64,000 nucleotides of DNA from Macrostomum lignano (taxonomy: Eukaryota), in the NCBI GenBank assembly GCA_002269645.1, contig NIVC01000020.1, positions 620,001 through 684,000 of the forward strand. The letters are read 5' to 3'. Of the stretch, positions 44,106 to 57,600 are shown piece by piece. Every line of letters begins with the position of its first letter. The stretch's first letter is position 1. A program made the position numbers and the translations under genes. Under the pieces are notes generated by a model. The model saw only the letters and a list, made by a program, of their open reading frames with translations. It had not been told where the DNA came from and searched no databases.

Positions 44106-47100
44106 GGAAGGCAGGCAGACAGACAGACAGGCAGGCAGGCAGGCAGACTTACCGAAAGTAGACGAGGCCGTTGGTGGGCTGCGGGCACAGCAGCAGGCGG
44201 TCGGGCACGGCCCACTCGGTGCTCCAACGGGGCGCCTGTCGCGGCAGGTCGCCAAGCGCCAGCCGTGGCAGCGGCCCCGGGTCGGCCCGCGCTGTCTGCG
44301 CAGCCAGGAGCTCTTGGGCTTCGCGCCGGACAGCGGCGAGGTCGGCGTTGGCCGCTCGGGCAGTGGCGGCAGTTTTTTCAGCGGCCAGCAGGCGGTCAGC
44401 GTAACGGGCGGTCGGGTGCAGCGAGAGCGACAGTCGGTGGGGATTCGAGCGCCAGTGCCGGTCCACCAGGCTCTGCAGGCAGTTGGGAGATTAATGAGTA
44501 CCGGTATGAGTAGCAGTAACATGGTATGTAGCTAGTAGTAGTCGTGTAAGCAGTATCAGTAGTATAATAAGCATTATGAGTAGTATAGTAAGCAGTATTA
44601 ATAGTATTGTATTTGCAGGTGGCAAATAAGTACCTGCAGATAGCGCGGCTGTTCGGCCAGTGTCCGGCGCAGGTCTTCCAGCAGATCCTCGGCTGCCAGC
44701 AGCTCGGCCAGGTCGGCGCCGTGGTTGGCCGGACCGGCCAGCGCCAGGATCTTCTCCAGGCCGAAGTTGGCGCCCTCGTCGCGGAGGCCGAGCTCGACCT
44801 GGTGCAGCAGGGAGTCCACGTTGACCTGGCGGAATCCGGACCGGACAGTCTCGGCCAGGATGTCGTCGACACGCTGGCGGGCGGCGGCCACGGACTCGTC
44901 GGCGAGGCCCTTCAGGCCGATGTGGAAGGCCGTGTTGCGGCAGTCGGAGCTGAAGCCGTGCACGGGGGCGAAGGCGGTGCCGAGGCCGGACTCCAGCAGC
45001 CCCGAGTAGAAGGGCGACGTGTCACCTGGGAGCGGCGGGCCGGCGGCCTGAATTACCGAATTTTCTGCTGGATTCCCTGCTACTCGTCATCATAAATAGG
45101 GTCTGCTGCCTCTCAACCCCAATGCACACTTGCTTAAGAGGAAACTGCTGCGGGTCCCTCACCGGCTCTCCTGCCTGTCATGAGGGGATCCCAGGAGTCC
45201 CTCACCGGCTCTCCTGCCTGTGTCATGAGGGGATCCCAGGAGTCCCTCACCAGCTCTCCTGACTGGATCATGAGGGGATCCCAGGAGTCCCTCACCAGCT
45301 CCCCTGACTGTCATGAGGGGATCCCAGGAGTCCCTCACCAGCTCTCCTGACTGGATCATGAGGGGATCCCAGGAGTCCCTCACCGGCTCTCCTGCCTGTG
45401 TCATGAGGGGATCCCAGGAGTCCCTCACCAGCTCTCCTGACTGGATCATGAGGGGATCCCAGGAGTCCCTCACCAGCTCTCCTGACTGGATCATGAGGGG
45501 ATCCCAGGAGTCCCTCACCGGCTCTCCTGCCTGTGTCATGAGGGGATCCCAGGAGTCCCTCACCAGCTCTCCTGACTGGATCATGAGGGGATCCCAGGAG
45601 TCCCTCACCAGCTCCCCTGACTGTCATGAGGGGATCCCAGGAGTCCCTCACCAGCTCCCCTGACTGTCATGAGGGGATCCCAGGAGTCCCTCACCAGGCC
45701 TCCTGATTGGATCATGAGGGGATCCCAGGAGTCCCTCACCAGCTTCCCTGATTGGATCATGAAGGGATTCCGATGAGTCCCCAGAAGTTGAGCAGGAATT
45801 CCAACTATTCCAAGATAAGCCAGATGAAAGCGGCAAATATGCAACAATCGGCCTTCAAAAGATCACTATAAGACACCCAGCCTCTCTCAGCATGCCGCAC
45901 CTTCGCAGAGCAGGGAGGACACGAAGTGCAGGTGGAAGTTGTCCCTGACTTGGCAGACGTCGCCAAACAGGAAGCTCTCGGCCAGGGTGACCTGCCTGTC
46001 CGGCGGCAGGAAGGGGTTCAGCGGGCCGTCCACGCGGCCGGCGCGCGGCTTGGACCAGCGCGGCTCCAGCGGCACGGCGGTGGCGGAGCAGTCGATGCGG
46101 CCGAAGCCGGCCAGGCACTCGCTGTCCAAGAAGCGGAGGTGCTCGGCCAGCGGCAGGCTGCCGTAGGTGAACACGGTGGCGTTGGACGGGTGGTAGTGAC
46201 GCCTGTGGAACTGCAGCAGCTGCTCGTGGCTGAGCTCCGGGATGGCGCCCGGGAAGCCGCCGAAGTTGTGCCGGTAGGGCCCGGCGGGCAGCAGGTTCTG
46301 GCGGACGGCGTTGGCGAACAGCTGGTCGGGGTCGGAGAAGACGCCCTTCATCTCGTTGTACACCACGCCCTTGATGGTGATGGGAGACTGCGGCTCCTGC
46401 AGGTTGACGGGCTCGAGGCGCCAGCCCTCCTGGATAGGGAGGAGGTTCGACTCCCATAATCATTATATCATTGGATGCAATCATCAAGTGCACTAAAAAC
46501 CTGGGAGGCCATCTGATCACAATTGTCATCATCAAAACCCCAACATGCCAACAGCTCATAATCAGATGCTCTAAAATCCCAACAGCTCATAATCAGATGC
46601 TCTAAAATCCCAACAGCTCATAATCAGATGCTCTAAAATCCCAACAGCTCATAATCAGATGCTCTAAAATCCCAACAGCTCATAATCAGATGCTCTAAAA
46701 TCCCAACAGCTCATAATCAGATGCTCTAAAATCCCAACAGCTCATAATCAGATGCTCTAAAATCCCAACAGCTCATAATCAGATGCTCTAAAATCCCAAC
46801 AGCTCATAATCAGATGCTCTAAAATCCCAACAGCTCATAATCAGATGCTCTAAAATCCCAACAGCTCATAATCAGATGCTCTAAAATCCCAACAGCTCAT
46901 AATCAGATGCTCTAAAATCCCAACAGTTCATAATCAGATGCTCTAAAATCCCAACAGTTCATAATCAGATGCTCTAAAATCCCAACAGCTCATAATCAGA
47001 TGCTCTAAAATCCCAACAGCTCATAATCAGATGCTCTAAAATCCCAACAGCTCATAATCAGATGCTCTAAAATCCCAACAGCTCATAATCAGATGCTCTA

Positions 47101-47927
47101 AAATCCCAACAGTTCATAATCAGATGCTCTAAAATCCCAACAGTTCATAATCAGATGCTCTAAAATCCCAACAGCTCATAATCAGATGCTCTAAAATCCC
47201 AACAGCTCATAATCAGATGCTCTAAAATCCCAACAGCTCATAATCAGATGCTCTAAAATCCCAACAGCTCATAATCAGATGCTCTAAAATCCCAACAGCT
47301 CATAATCAGATGCTCTAAAATCCCAACAGTTCATAATCAGATGCTCTAAAATCCCAACAGTTCATAATCAGATGCTCTAAAATCCCAACAGTTCATAATC
47401 AGATGCTCTAAAATCCCAACAGCTCATAATCAGATCCCAAATCTCAAGCAGTTGAAATCCCTAAACCACGGGCAGCCAGCGCTCACCTGCAGAAAGTCCA
47501 TCCTGCTGAGCAGCGGGTGAAACACGGCGTCCAGGTAAACAGAGAAGAGGTTGTAGAAGTCGGTGGGGTTCTGAGTAGAGCAGGGGTAGATGGTGAAGTC
47601 GGGCGCAGTCATGGCGTTCATGAAGGTGGCCTGGCTGCGGGTGAGCATCTTGAAGAACGGATCCCGCACCGGGTACTTGGCGGAGCCGCAGAGCACGCTG
47701 TGCTCAAGGATGTGCGGCGCCCCGGTGCTGTCAGTCGGGGTGGTCCGCAGCTGGATGGCGAAGGCGTTGTTGGCGTCCTGGCGAGCCAGGTGCACCAGGC
47801 GGCAGCCGGTGGCCTCGTGCACCAGCTCCTCCAGGGTCAGGCGGAAGGTGGGCACCTGGGCGGAGCGCACGTGCCGGAAGCCGTGCAGCCCGGCGCCCAC
47901 CGAGGACTGGACGAGACGGACGGCCGA
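41738..47927 (-). CDS. PITRM1: Mitochondrial presequence protease (M16C); 6 exons found, 986 aa; N-terminal targeting segment unresolved
   Basis: Exons 47927-47487, 46429-45901, 45025-44634, 44472-44153, 43496-42926 and 42445-41738 (2961 nt, open). Motifs TTPTDSTGAPHILEHSVLCGSAKYPVRDPFFKML (HXXEH), Q|EGWRLE, KGVVYNEMKG, REIREIGGAYGSGA, SYRDP. Confidence 0.95.
42515..42870. repeat. 23-bp array (gggaggccaggcactcgggtgat) x ~15 in a PITRM1 intron
   Basis: Direct reading. Confidence 0.95.
43535..44148. repeat. (GACA)n/(GGCA)n microsatellite filling a PITRM1 intron
   Basis: On the - strand it starts directly after the GTAAGT donor. Confidence 0.95.
45160..45780. repeat. ~45-bp array x ~13 in a PITRM1 intron
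   Basis: Unit catgaggggatcccaggagtccctcaccagctctcctgactggat and variants. Confidence 0.95.
46545..47437. repeat. 31-bp array x ~29 in a PITRM1 intron
   Basis: Unit cccaacagctcataatcagatgctctaaaat. Confidence 0.95.
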
Positions 47928-48064
47928 CTGCAGCGGAGGCGTTGGGGGGGGGTCTGACAGGCTGCGTCCGGGTTCAGGATGCTTGCGGGTTTGCGTGTAA
48001 GGCCCAGGAGTTGAGGCTTGAGAGCTGGGGGAGACTGGGTCAGATATGAGACTGTCAGGTGGGA

Positions 48065-51000
48065 CAGATGTGCAATAGACAGTGTGCAACAGACAGTGTG
48101 CAATAGACAGTGTGCAATAGACAGTGTGCAATAGATAGTGTGTGCAATATACAGTGTGCAATAGACAGTGTGCAATAGACAGTGTGCAATAGATAGTGTG
48201 TGCAATATACAGTGTGCAATAGCCAGCGTGTGCAATAGACAGTGTGCAATAGACAGTGTGCAATAGACAGTGTGCAATAGACAGTGTGTGCAATAGCCAG
48301 TGTGCAATAGACAGTGTGCAATAGCCAGTGTGTGCAATAGACAGTGTGTGCAATAGACAGTGTGCAATAGCCAGTGTGCAATAGACAGTGTGCAATAGCC
48401 AGTGTGTGCAATAGACAGTGTATGCAATAGACAGTGTGCAATAGACAGTGTGCAATAGACAGTGTGTGCAATAGCCAGTGTGCAATAGACAGTGTGCAAT
48501 AGCCAGTGTGTGCAATAGACAGTGTGTGCAATAGACAGTGTGCAATAGCCAGTGTGCAATAGACAGTGTGCAATAGCCAGTGTGTGCAATAGCCAGTGTG
48601 CAATAGACAGTGTGCAATAGCCAGTGTGTGCAATAGACAGTGTGCAATAGCCAGTGTGTGCAATAGCCAGTGTGCAATAGACAGTGTGTGCAATAGACAG
48701 TGTGTGCAATAGACAGTGTGCAATAGCCAGTGTGTGCAATAGCCAGTGTGCAATAGACAGTGTGTAATAGCCAGTGTGTGCAATAGACAGTATGCAATAG
48801 ACAGTGTGTGCAATAGACAGTGTGCAATAGACAGTGTGCAATAGCCAGTGTGTGCAATAGACAGTGTGCAATAGCCAGTGTGTGCAATAGACAGTATGTG
48901 CAATAGCCAGTGTGTGCAATAGACAGTGTGCAATAGACAGTGTGCAATAGACAGTGTGCAATAGACAGTGTGCAATAGACAGTGTGCCCGCACACTGCAA
49001 TAGACAGTGTGTGCAATAGACAGTATGTGCAATAGACAGTATGTGCAATAGTGTGTGTGACAGTGTGTGCAATAGACAGTGTGTGCAATAGACAGTGTGT
49101 GCAATAGACAGTGTGCAATAGACAGTGTGTGCAATAGACAGTGTGTGCAATAGACAGTGTGCAATAGACAGTGTGCAATAGACAGTGTGCAATAGACAGT
49201 GTGTGCAATAGACAGTGTGTGCAATAGACAGTGTGCAATAGACAGTGTGTGCAATAGACAGTGTGCAATAGACAGTGTGTGCAATAGACAGTGTGCAATA
49301 GACAGTGTGTGCAATAGACAGTGTGCAATAGACAGTGTGCAATAGACAGTGTGCAATAGCCAGCGTGTGCAATAGCCAGCGTGTGCAATAGACAGTGTGT
49401 GCAATAGACAGTGTGCAATAGACAGTGTGCAATAGACAGTGTGCAATAGACGGTGTGTGCAATAGACAGTGTGCAATAGACAGTGTGTGCAATAGACAGT
49501 GTGTGCAATAGACAGTGTGCAATAGACAGTGTGTGCAATAGACAGTGTGTGCAATAGACAGTGTGCAATAGACAGTGTGTGCAATAGACAGTGTGCAATA
49601 GACAGTGTGCAATAGACAGTGTGCAATAGACAGTATGTGCAATAGACAGTGTGTGCAATAGACAGTGTGCAATAGACAGTGTGTGCAATAGACAGTGTGT
49701 GCAATAGACAGTATGTGCAATAGACAGTGTGTGCAATAGACAGTGTGCAATAGACAGTGTGTGCAATAGACAGTGTGTGCAATAGACAGTATGTGCAATA
49801 GACAGTGTGTGCAATAGACAGTGTGTGCAATAGACAGTATGTGCAATAGACAGTGTGTGCAATAGACAGTGTGTGCAATAGACAGTGTGTGCAATAGACA
49901 GTATGTGCAATAGACAGTGTGTGCAATAGACAGTGTGCAATAGACAGTGTGCAATAGACAGTGTGCAATAGCCAGTGTGCAATAGACAGTGTGTGCAATA
50001 AACAGTGTGCAATAGCCAGTGTGCAATAGACAGTGTATGCAATAGACAGTGTGTGCAATAGACAGTGTGTGCAATAGCCAGTGCGCAATAGCCAGTGTGC
50101 AATAGACAGTGTGTGCAATAGACAGTGTGCAATAGACAGTGTATGCAATAGACAGTGTGTGCAATAGACAGTGTGTGCAATAGACAGTATGTGCAATAGA
50201 CAGTGTGTGCAATAGACAGTGTGCAATAGACAGTGTGTGCAATAGACAGTGTGCAATAGACAGTGTGTGCAATAGACAGTGTGCAATAGACAGTGTGTGC
50301 AATAGACGGTGTATGCAATAGACAGTGTGTGCAATAGACAGTGTGCAATAGACAGTGTGCAATAGCCAGTGTATGCAATAGCCAGTGTGCAATAGACAGT
50401 GTGCAATAGCCAGTGTATGCAATAGCCAGTGTGCAATAGACAGTGTGTGCAATAGCCAGTGTGCAATAGACAGTGTATGCAATAGCCAGTGTGCAATAGA
50501 CAGTGTGCAATAGACAGTGTGCAATAGCCAGTGTGCAATAGACAGTGTATGCAATAGCCAGTGTGCAATAGACAGTGTGCAATAGCCAGTGTGCAATAGA
50601 CAGTGTGTGCAATAGCCAGTGTGCAATAGACAGTGTGCAATAGACAGTGTGCAATAGACAGTGTGCAATAGCCAGTGTATGCAATAGCCAGTGTGCAATA
50701 GACAGTGTGTGCAATAGACAGTGTGCAATAGACGGTGTATGCAATAGCCAGTGTGCAATAGACAGTGTGTGCAATAGACAGTGTGCAATAGACAGTGTGT
50801 GCAATAGACAGTGTGCAATAGACAGTGTGCAATAGACAGTGTGCAATAGACAGTGTGCAATAGACAGTGTGCAATAGCCAGTGTGCAATAGACAGTGTGT
50901 GCAATAGCCAGTGTGCAATAGACAGTGTGTGCAATAGACAGTGTGCAATAGACGGTGTATGCAATAGCCAGTGTGCAATAGACAGTGTGTGCAATAGACA

Positions 51001-51362
51001 GTGTGCAATAGACGGTGTATGCAATAGACAGTGTGCAATAGCCAGTGTGCAATAGACAGTGTGCAATAGACAGTGTGCAATAGACAGTGTGCAATAGACA
51101 GTGTGCAATAGCCAGTGTGCAATAGACAGTGTGTGCAATAGACAGTGTGCAATAGACGGTGTATGCAATAGACAGTGTGCAATAGCCAGTGTGCAATAGA
51201 CAGTGTGTGCAATAGACAGTGTGCAATAGACGGTGTATGCAATAGACAGTGTGCAATAGCCAGTGTGCAATAGACAGTGTGTGCAATAGACAGTGTGCAA
51301 TAGACGGTGTATGCAATAGACAGTGTGCAATAGCCAGTGTGCAATAGCCAGTGTGTGCAATA
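48065..51362. repeat. 14/16-bp array (gt[gt]gtgcaatag[a/c]ca), ~3.3 kb, upstream of the first identified PITRM1 exon
   Basis: Direct reading; source of the 1100-1300-aa spurious ORFs. Confidence 0.95.
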
Positions 51363-51972
51363 CAGGGTGCGGATGAGACAAATGCTATAAAAGCTAGATT
51401 AGGCATAGCCGATGGCTAATTCTATGCCAATAAAAATCAGTAGAAATGAAGCCAGTGCAGCCAATAAGCTTTCCACAAGCGGACGCTCAGTTTATAATTA
51501 GATGTTGCAGAAACAGTGGCGAGCGCATGAATGGCAGAGGCGAATTACAGCAGGTGAATGGGCGCACAGTCAATACATGAATTCATAAATCACGTGAATA
51601 CAGCTTGGGCAGAGAATCCGAGTGGCAAATTGAAAAATAACAACAGTAAAAAAGTGTTGGGCAGAACAGGAGATCTCACCCTAAATTGAATTCGAATAAG
51701 CGTTTTTGTTTACAAGAAAAATGTGAATACAGGTTAGAGATTACAGAAAAGTACAGCAGAGGCACGAGACCAGGAGACAGACAGCTATACCGGTAATAGC
51801 TAAAAACTCAACTATTTCAACTGAAATCTGCTAGACAAAATTTCATTTCAAAAAAATTCATTTTCAATTTCAAGGTCGCTAAATATTGCGATGTGAGCAG
51901 CACCTGACCACACGGGTGAATTTTGAAAATATAAATAGGCTTTGATACGAAATTTCTATTAACTTTTAACCG

Positions 51973-52127
51973 TGGCTGAGTCAGTCAGCTGCAGTGGCTG
52001 AGTCGGTCAGCTGCAGTGGCTGAGTCGGTCAGCTGCAGTGGCTGAGTCGGTCAGCTGCAGTGGCTGAGTCGGTCAGCTGCAGTGGCTGAGTCGGTCAGCT
52101 GCAGTTGCTGAGTCGGTCAGCTGCAGG
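51973..52127. repeat. 22-bp array x 7 built from the kinase stop-codon region
   Basis: Minus-strand unit [c/a]CTGCAGCTGAccgactcagc contains TGC AGC TGA. Confidence 0.9.
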
Positions 52128-53702
52128 TGCTGTCGCTGTTAGACCGCAGCTCGGTGCCGGTCTCGGACAGCTGGGAGTCGCCCAGGCGGCTGGAGGAGCA
52201 GCGGCTGGACGAGCCGGACTGGGAGGCGGCGCGCCGCGCCTCGGAGCTGCCGGAGGCCGAGCGCTGAGAGGCGGCCGTCGGGGCCGTCACCGCAGACGCT
52301 GCGGTCAGCCAGGCGCAGCGGCGGGCCTCAGCAGCGGCCGGTCGATCGGCGGGGTCTGGGCGGAGGCAGGCGGCCAGGAACTGCCGCGCCGGTTCGGACA
52401 GCGACTGCGGCAACAACGGCGGCTGGCCGGGCCGGACAGCGGCGGATTTGCGGCCAGTCAGCATGGCAATGGTTACCATGCCAACGGCCCAAATGTCGGC
52501 CGGCTGGCCGCAGGGCCGCCCGTCGACGCCTTCAGGAGTTTCGCTGGCGCTGCTGCCGTGGGGCGCCAGGGCCTCTGCGAATCGGAGGGCGGTGTGGATG
52601 GGTTAGGCAGCTGTGGCAGTGGAATAAGGGGCAGACTGGTCATAGAATAGTCTTACTGGACTAGAGTGGTCATAGCTTAGAATTGGTCATAGCTTGGAGT
52701 GGTCAGAGCCTAGACTGGTCATATCCTAGAGTGGTCAAAAGCATAGTGTTGATAAGAATAGTGGTTATAAAACAGGGCGGTAGTAGAAAAGAGTAGTCAG
52801 ACTACTAGATTGGTCATAGACTACTAGATTGGTCATAGACTACTGGGTTGGTCATAGACTACTGGATTGGTCATAGACTACTGGAATGGTCATAGACTAA
52901 TAGATTGGTCATAGAATAGATTGGTCATAGAATAGATTGGTCACAGACCAGATTGGCCATAGACTAGATTGGTCATCTCACCGCTATCAGGGGAGTCGGG
53001 CAGCAAAGCGCAGGCGAAGTCAATGATGAGGAGGCGGGAGTCTGGGCCCACATGGTAGAACAGCAGGTTCTCCGTTCGGATGTTGCGGTGCGCGCAGCCG
53101 AAGCTGTGCAGGTGGGCGAGGCCGTCCAGCAGCTGGGCGGAGTAGACGGCGGCCTGGAGCTCCGGCAGGCGGCCGCGCTCGTTCAGCCGCTGCGCCAGGC
53201 GGTCGCCGGTGGCCAGCTCGAGCACCAGGCACAGGAAGCGGGGAGTCTCGATGTGCGTCACGCAGCGGACGATGTTGGGATGCCGCGCCCGCCGGATGGC
53301 CGACAGCTCCGTGCGGAAGCGGCTGGCGCGGGCCGCCGGCACGAGCTTCAGCGCGAAGGGCTCGTGGGTGTCCCTGTGGACGGCCTTGAGCACCAGGGAG
53401 TTGGAGTGCTCAGTACGGTGCAGGATGCTGCTCACATTGTACTTGACCCGGATTGCGCTGTCAATTTGAACTCGCCGAGTCCGGCCGGGATGAAGCTGCT
53501 GGTCAGCCTCCGGCTCCGGCTGCTGATTTGCCAGCGACTGCTTCTGCTGCTTCTCCGGCTTCTGCAGCTGCAGCGGCTGCTGGCTTTTCGGCTTCTTTGG
53601 CAAGTCTTCTTCATCGCTGTCCACCGCGTAGCCGTAGCGCTCCCGGTCCAGCTGGCGGCTCTTCCGCCTGGCCTGCCCGCTGCTGGACTGCGCGCAGCCC
53701 AT
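52117..53702 (-). CDS. PSKH-like (CAMK group) protein kinase, predicted pseudokinase, 2 exons, 392 aa
   Basis: Exons 53702-52982 and 52574-52117 (phase 1). N-terminus MGCAQS (myristoylation-type). FALK, RRARHPNIV, LVLELATG, HRNIRTENLLFYHVGPDSRLLIIDFA (PSKH1: [26 protein letters not shown]), TPE, DIWAVG. Confidence 0.8.
52800..52975. repeat. ~16-19-bp degenerate array (actagattggtcatag) in the kinase intron
   Basis: On the - strand it begins at about +6 of the GTGAGA donor. Confidence 0.85.
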
Positions 53703-53771
53703 CGAGCTAGCGGGAGGCGGCGCTTGGCGACTGGGGAGGCTGCGGGCCGGAGAAAGAAGCTTGCATGACAA

Positions 53772-53852
53772 CCTGTCTGCCTGTCTATCTGTCTGTCTGT
53801 CTGCCTGCCTGTCTGTCTGTCTGTCTGTCTGCCTGTCTGTCTGTCTGTCTGT
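53772..53852. repeat. (TCTG)n microsatellite upstream of the kinase
   Basis: Direct reading. Confidence 0.9.
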
Positions 53853-54638
53853 CCCTGACCCTCCTTCACTTTTCCATAGCCCACACCACCATTCAAGCCT
53901 GCAGGCCAGCTCTGTCCAGTTATTTATCAGGCTGCGCAAGCAACAAACTGGAAATGCTGGGCGCAGGCAGACGCAAGTTTGCCTACTGAACTTCCTGCCT
54001 GCCCCCCCCCCTCTTTCCTGCCGGGTGCGCTGCAGATACAAACTGGCAAAACTGCATCTGAACTCAGGTGCATTGCGCGGCACTTCCTATGACTCCTAGT
54101 GGCAAAATAAGCTACCGGCACTACTCAAAATGATAGAAATCGATCACAACAAAGGAAATAACGCCAGCAGTCAGAGATAGCGTTCAAAGCAATATATTTC
54201 CAAGAAACCAAACAGCAAGCAGACCAGAGCGACAATAAATCAGTTGGAAAATCGATGGCTGTCACCAGGAATAAAAAAATAAATTGATAAATGACAAGCA
54301 TGGAAAATCATGCGAGCGAAGACAAATAAAACGAGTCAGAGACACGAAATACACGGCACTAAAAGTACTGAGCACCAGCGATGCAAGAATTTCGGTCAGA
54401 ATGGGGGCTGCCAAAATAGTGAATCAATCATCCATACGTCATTGAATTTCTGGGGAAATTTGGATCAAAAATCAAGAACAAATGATTTATTATTGCATTA
54501 TTGACAGAATAACATACAGATATGCGACTACAGCAAGCTTTAACTAGGAGCAGAAATTCACCGATTTATGCGGCTTTCAAGCAGTTGCTATGCGGTTTTT
54601 ATGTTTGAGTGGTTCCTAAGCAGATGCTAGCCGGGTTC

Positions 54639-57600
54639 TCAGGCAGCGGGGCAGTCGGCAACGTCAGGAATGATGGTGGTGTACAGCTCCACGCCGCGCA
54701 GGAAGACGTCCCGGTTGAGGAACTCGTTGTGGTCGTGCAGCAGGACGGGGGTTCGATTCATCGGGGAGAAGCCGATGGCGCTGATGCCCAGGGAGCGCAG
54801 GTAGCGGCTGTCGGTGGCGGCCGGGAAGATCTCGGGCTCGATGTTCATGCCGAGCCGCTGGCAGGAGCCGGCAAAGGCCGACCACCACGGGTTCCGCTCC
54901 GACGTGTCCGTCGGCTTGCCGGCGTCGAACTTCTGCGTGAACTCCAGCGACACGCCCGGCCCGGCCTCCTCGCACCAGCGGCGCAGCTCCGCCTCGAAGT
55001 GGACGAGATTGACGTCTGGAGCGATGCGGCAGTCCACGTCCAGACAGAGCTTCTCCGGCAGCACGTTGGTCTGCACCCCGCCGTTCATCTGCGTCAGGTT
55101 CAGCGTGGTCACCTCGCCAAGGCGGATGCCGCGGCCGCGCTCCAGGCGCTCCACCTGTAGAGAATGCGATGCGATTTGGTACTGCTCAAATGGCACTCAG
55201 TGAGCTACTTAAAGTGGCACTCAACAATGCTCAAAGTGACACTCAATAATGCTCAAAGTGGCACTCAATAATGCTCAAAGTGGCACTCAATAATGCTCAA
55301 AGTGGCACTCAATAATGCTCAAAGTGGCACTCAATAAAGCTCAAAGTGACACTCAATAATGCTCAAAGTGGCACTCAATAATGCTCAAAGTGGCACTCAA
55401 AAATGCTCAAAGTGGCACTCAAAAATGCTCAAAGTGGCACTCAATAATGCTCAAAGTGGCACTCAATAATGCTCAAAGTGGCACTCAATAATGCTCAAAG
55501 TGGCACTCAATAATGCTCAAAGTGGCACTCAATAATGCTCAAAGTGGCACTCAATAATGCTCAAAGTGGCACTCAACAATGCTCAAAGTGGCACTCAATA
55601 ATGCTCAAAGCGACACTCAATAATGCTCAAAGTGACACTCAATAATGCTCAGTGGCTGTCGCACCTGACTGTCCCTGAAGCGGTAGAGCCGCTGGATCAG
55701 CTTGGCCGCCTTCTCCCCTGCCGTGTCCTCCATCAGCCGGGAGCCGTGTCCGGGCTGGCCGCGGATCTCAAAGCGAAGCCACCAGACGGAGCGCTCGCCA
55801 TAGTAAACTGTGAAAGCCTCGGTGGGGTTGGCCAGGCCTTCGTCCATGGCGCAGCCGACGTTCAGGCTGCGGAACTTGTCGGACTGGCAGAACTTGCCCA
55901 TGCCCAGCTTGCCGGTCACCTGGCGGGCAAGGCAAATGCAGGTGGGCTGGCGTGAGTGGTGTGACACACGGAGTGACACTTGGAGATCGGGGCTTAATAA
56001 CTGGTGAGACACTTGGAGATGGGATATTAATAACTGGTGTGACACCTGGAGATCGGAGCTTAATAACTAGTGACACACGGAGTTCCACATGGAGATGGGA
56101 GATTAATAACTGGTGTGACGCACGGAGTTCCACATGGAGATGGGAGATTAATAACTGGTGTGACGCACGGAGTTCCACATGGAGATGGGAGATTAATAAC
56201 TGGTGTGACACACGGAGTGTCACCTGGGGATCGGAGCTTAATAACTGGTGTGACACACGGAGTGACACATGGAGATGGGAGATTAATAACTGGTGTGACA
56301 CACGGAGTGACACTTGAATATGGAAGCTTAATAACTGGTGTGACACACGGAGTGTCACCTGGAGATCGGAGCTTAATAACTGGTGTGACACACGGAGTGT
56401 CACCTGGGGATCGGAGCTTAATAACTGGTGTGACACACGGAGTGACACATGGAGATGGGAGATTAATAACTGGTGTGACACACGGAGTGACACTTGAATA
56501 TGGAAGCTTAATAACTGGTGTGACACACGGAGTGTCACCTGGAGATCGGAGCTTAATAACTGGTGTGACACACGGAGTGTCACCTGGAGATCGGAGCTTA
56601 ATAACTGGTGTGACACACGGAGTGTCACCTGGAGATCGGAGCTTAATAACTGGTGTGACACACGGAGTGACACATGGAGATGGCAGATTAATAACTGGTG
56701 TGACACACGGAGTGACACTTGAATATGGAAGCTTAATAACTGGTGTGACACACGGAGTGTCACCTGGAGATCGGAGCTTAATAACTGGTGTGACACACGG
56801 AGTGTCACCTGGAGATCGGAGCTTAATAACTGGTGTGACACACGGAGTGTCACCTGGAGATCGGAGCTTAATAACTGGTGTGACACACGGAGTGTCACCT
56901 GGAGATCGGAGCTTAATAACTTGTGTGACACACGGAGTGTCACCTGGAGATCGGAGCTTAATAACTGGTGTGACACACGGAGTGTCACCTGGAGATCGGA
57001 GCTTAATAACTGGTGTGACACACGGAGTGTCACCTGGAGATCGGAGCTTAATAACTTGTGTGACACACTGAGTGACACTTAGCCAGCGAGAATTCACAAA
57101 GCTGCCCCAATTCAAAGCCAGCATTCGACACCGAATCAGAGTTTCAGCCCTCAGCTGCACGTCAGGCCAGTGCCGCAATAAAACCAAGTTGATCTGCGCA
57201 GAAAACTGAAAGCAGAGCGGCCCGAGCTGAAGAGTGCAAAGCTGCCGATGCCGATAAAGTGCAGTCCTGTGCCCATCCAGTGATTTACAAGCTAGCTGAG
57301 ATTGAAACATTGAGACACAAAATGCCAACAGAAGACCCCATCAACCCACCTCTTCATCAGGCATGAAGCTGAGGTAGATATTCCTCTTAGGCTGGTAGTT
57401 GGCAGCCTTGAGCTTGCGCAGCGCCTCCAGGTACTGCACAGCCACGCACTTCATGTCCTGAGCGCCACGGGCGTAGATGTTGCCCTGCTCGTCCATGTCG
57501 GCCGAGAACGGGTCGCAGCGCCAGTGCTCGGGGAACACCGGTACAACATCCATGTGGCTGTTGAGCAGCAGGGAGGTCCGGTTCGGCTCGCTGCCAGGCC

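Noticed and set aside
42855-46459. Plus-strand ORFs antisense to PITRM1 exons (similarly over ACY1, the kinase and PQBP1)
   Set aside because: Expected shadow frames of GC-rich coding sequence; no independent support.
47430-51406. 1100-1300-aa ORFs rich in HTVYC/LSIAH
   Set aside because: Translations of a 14/16-bp satellite, open in several frames; only 47487-47927 is real PITRM1 coding.
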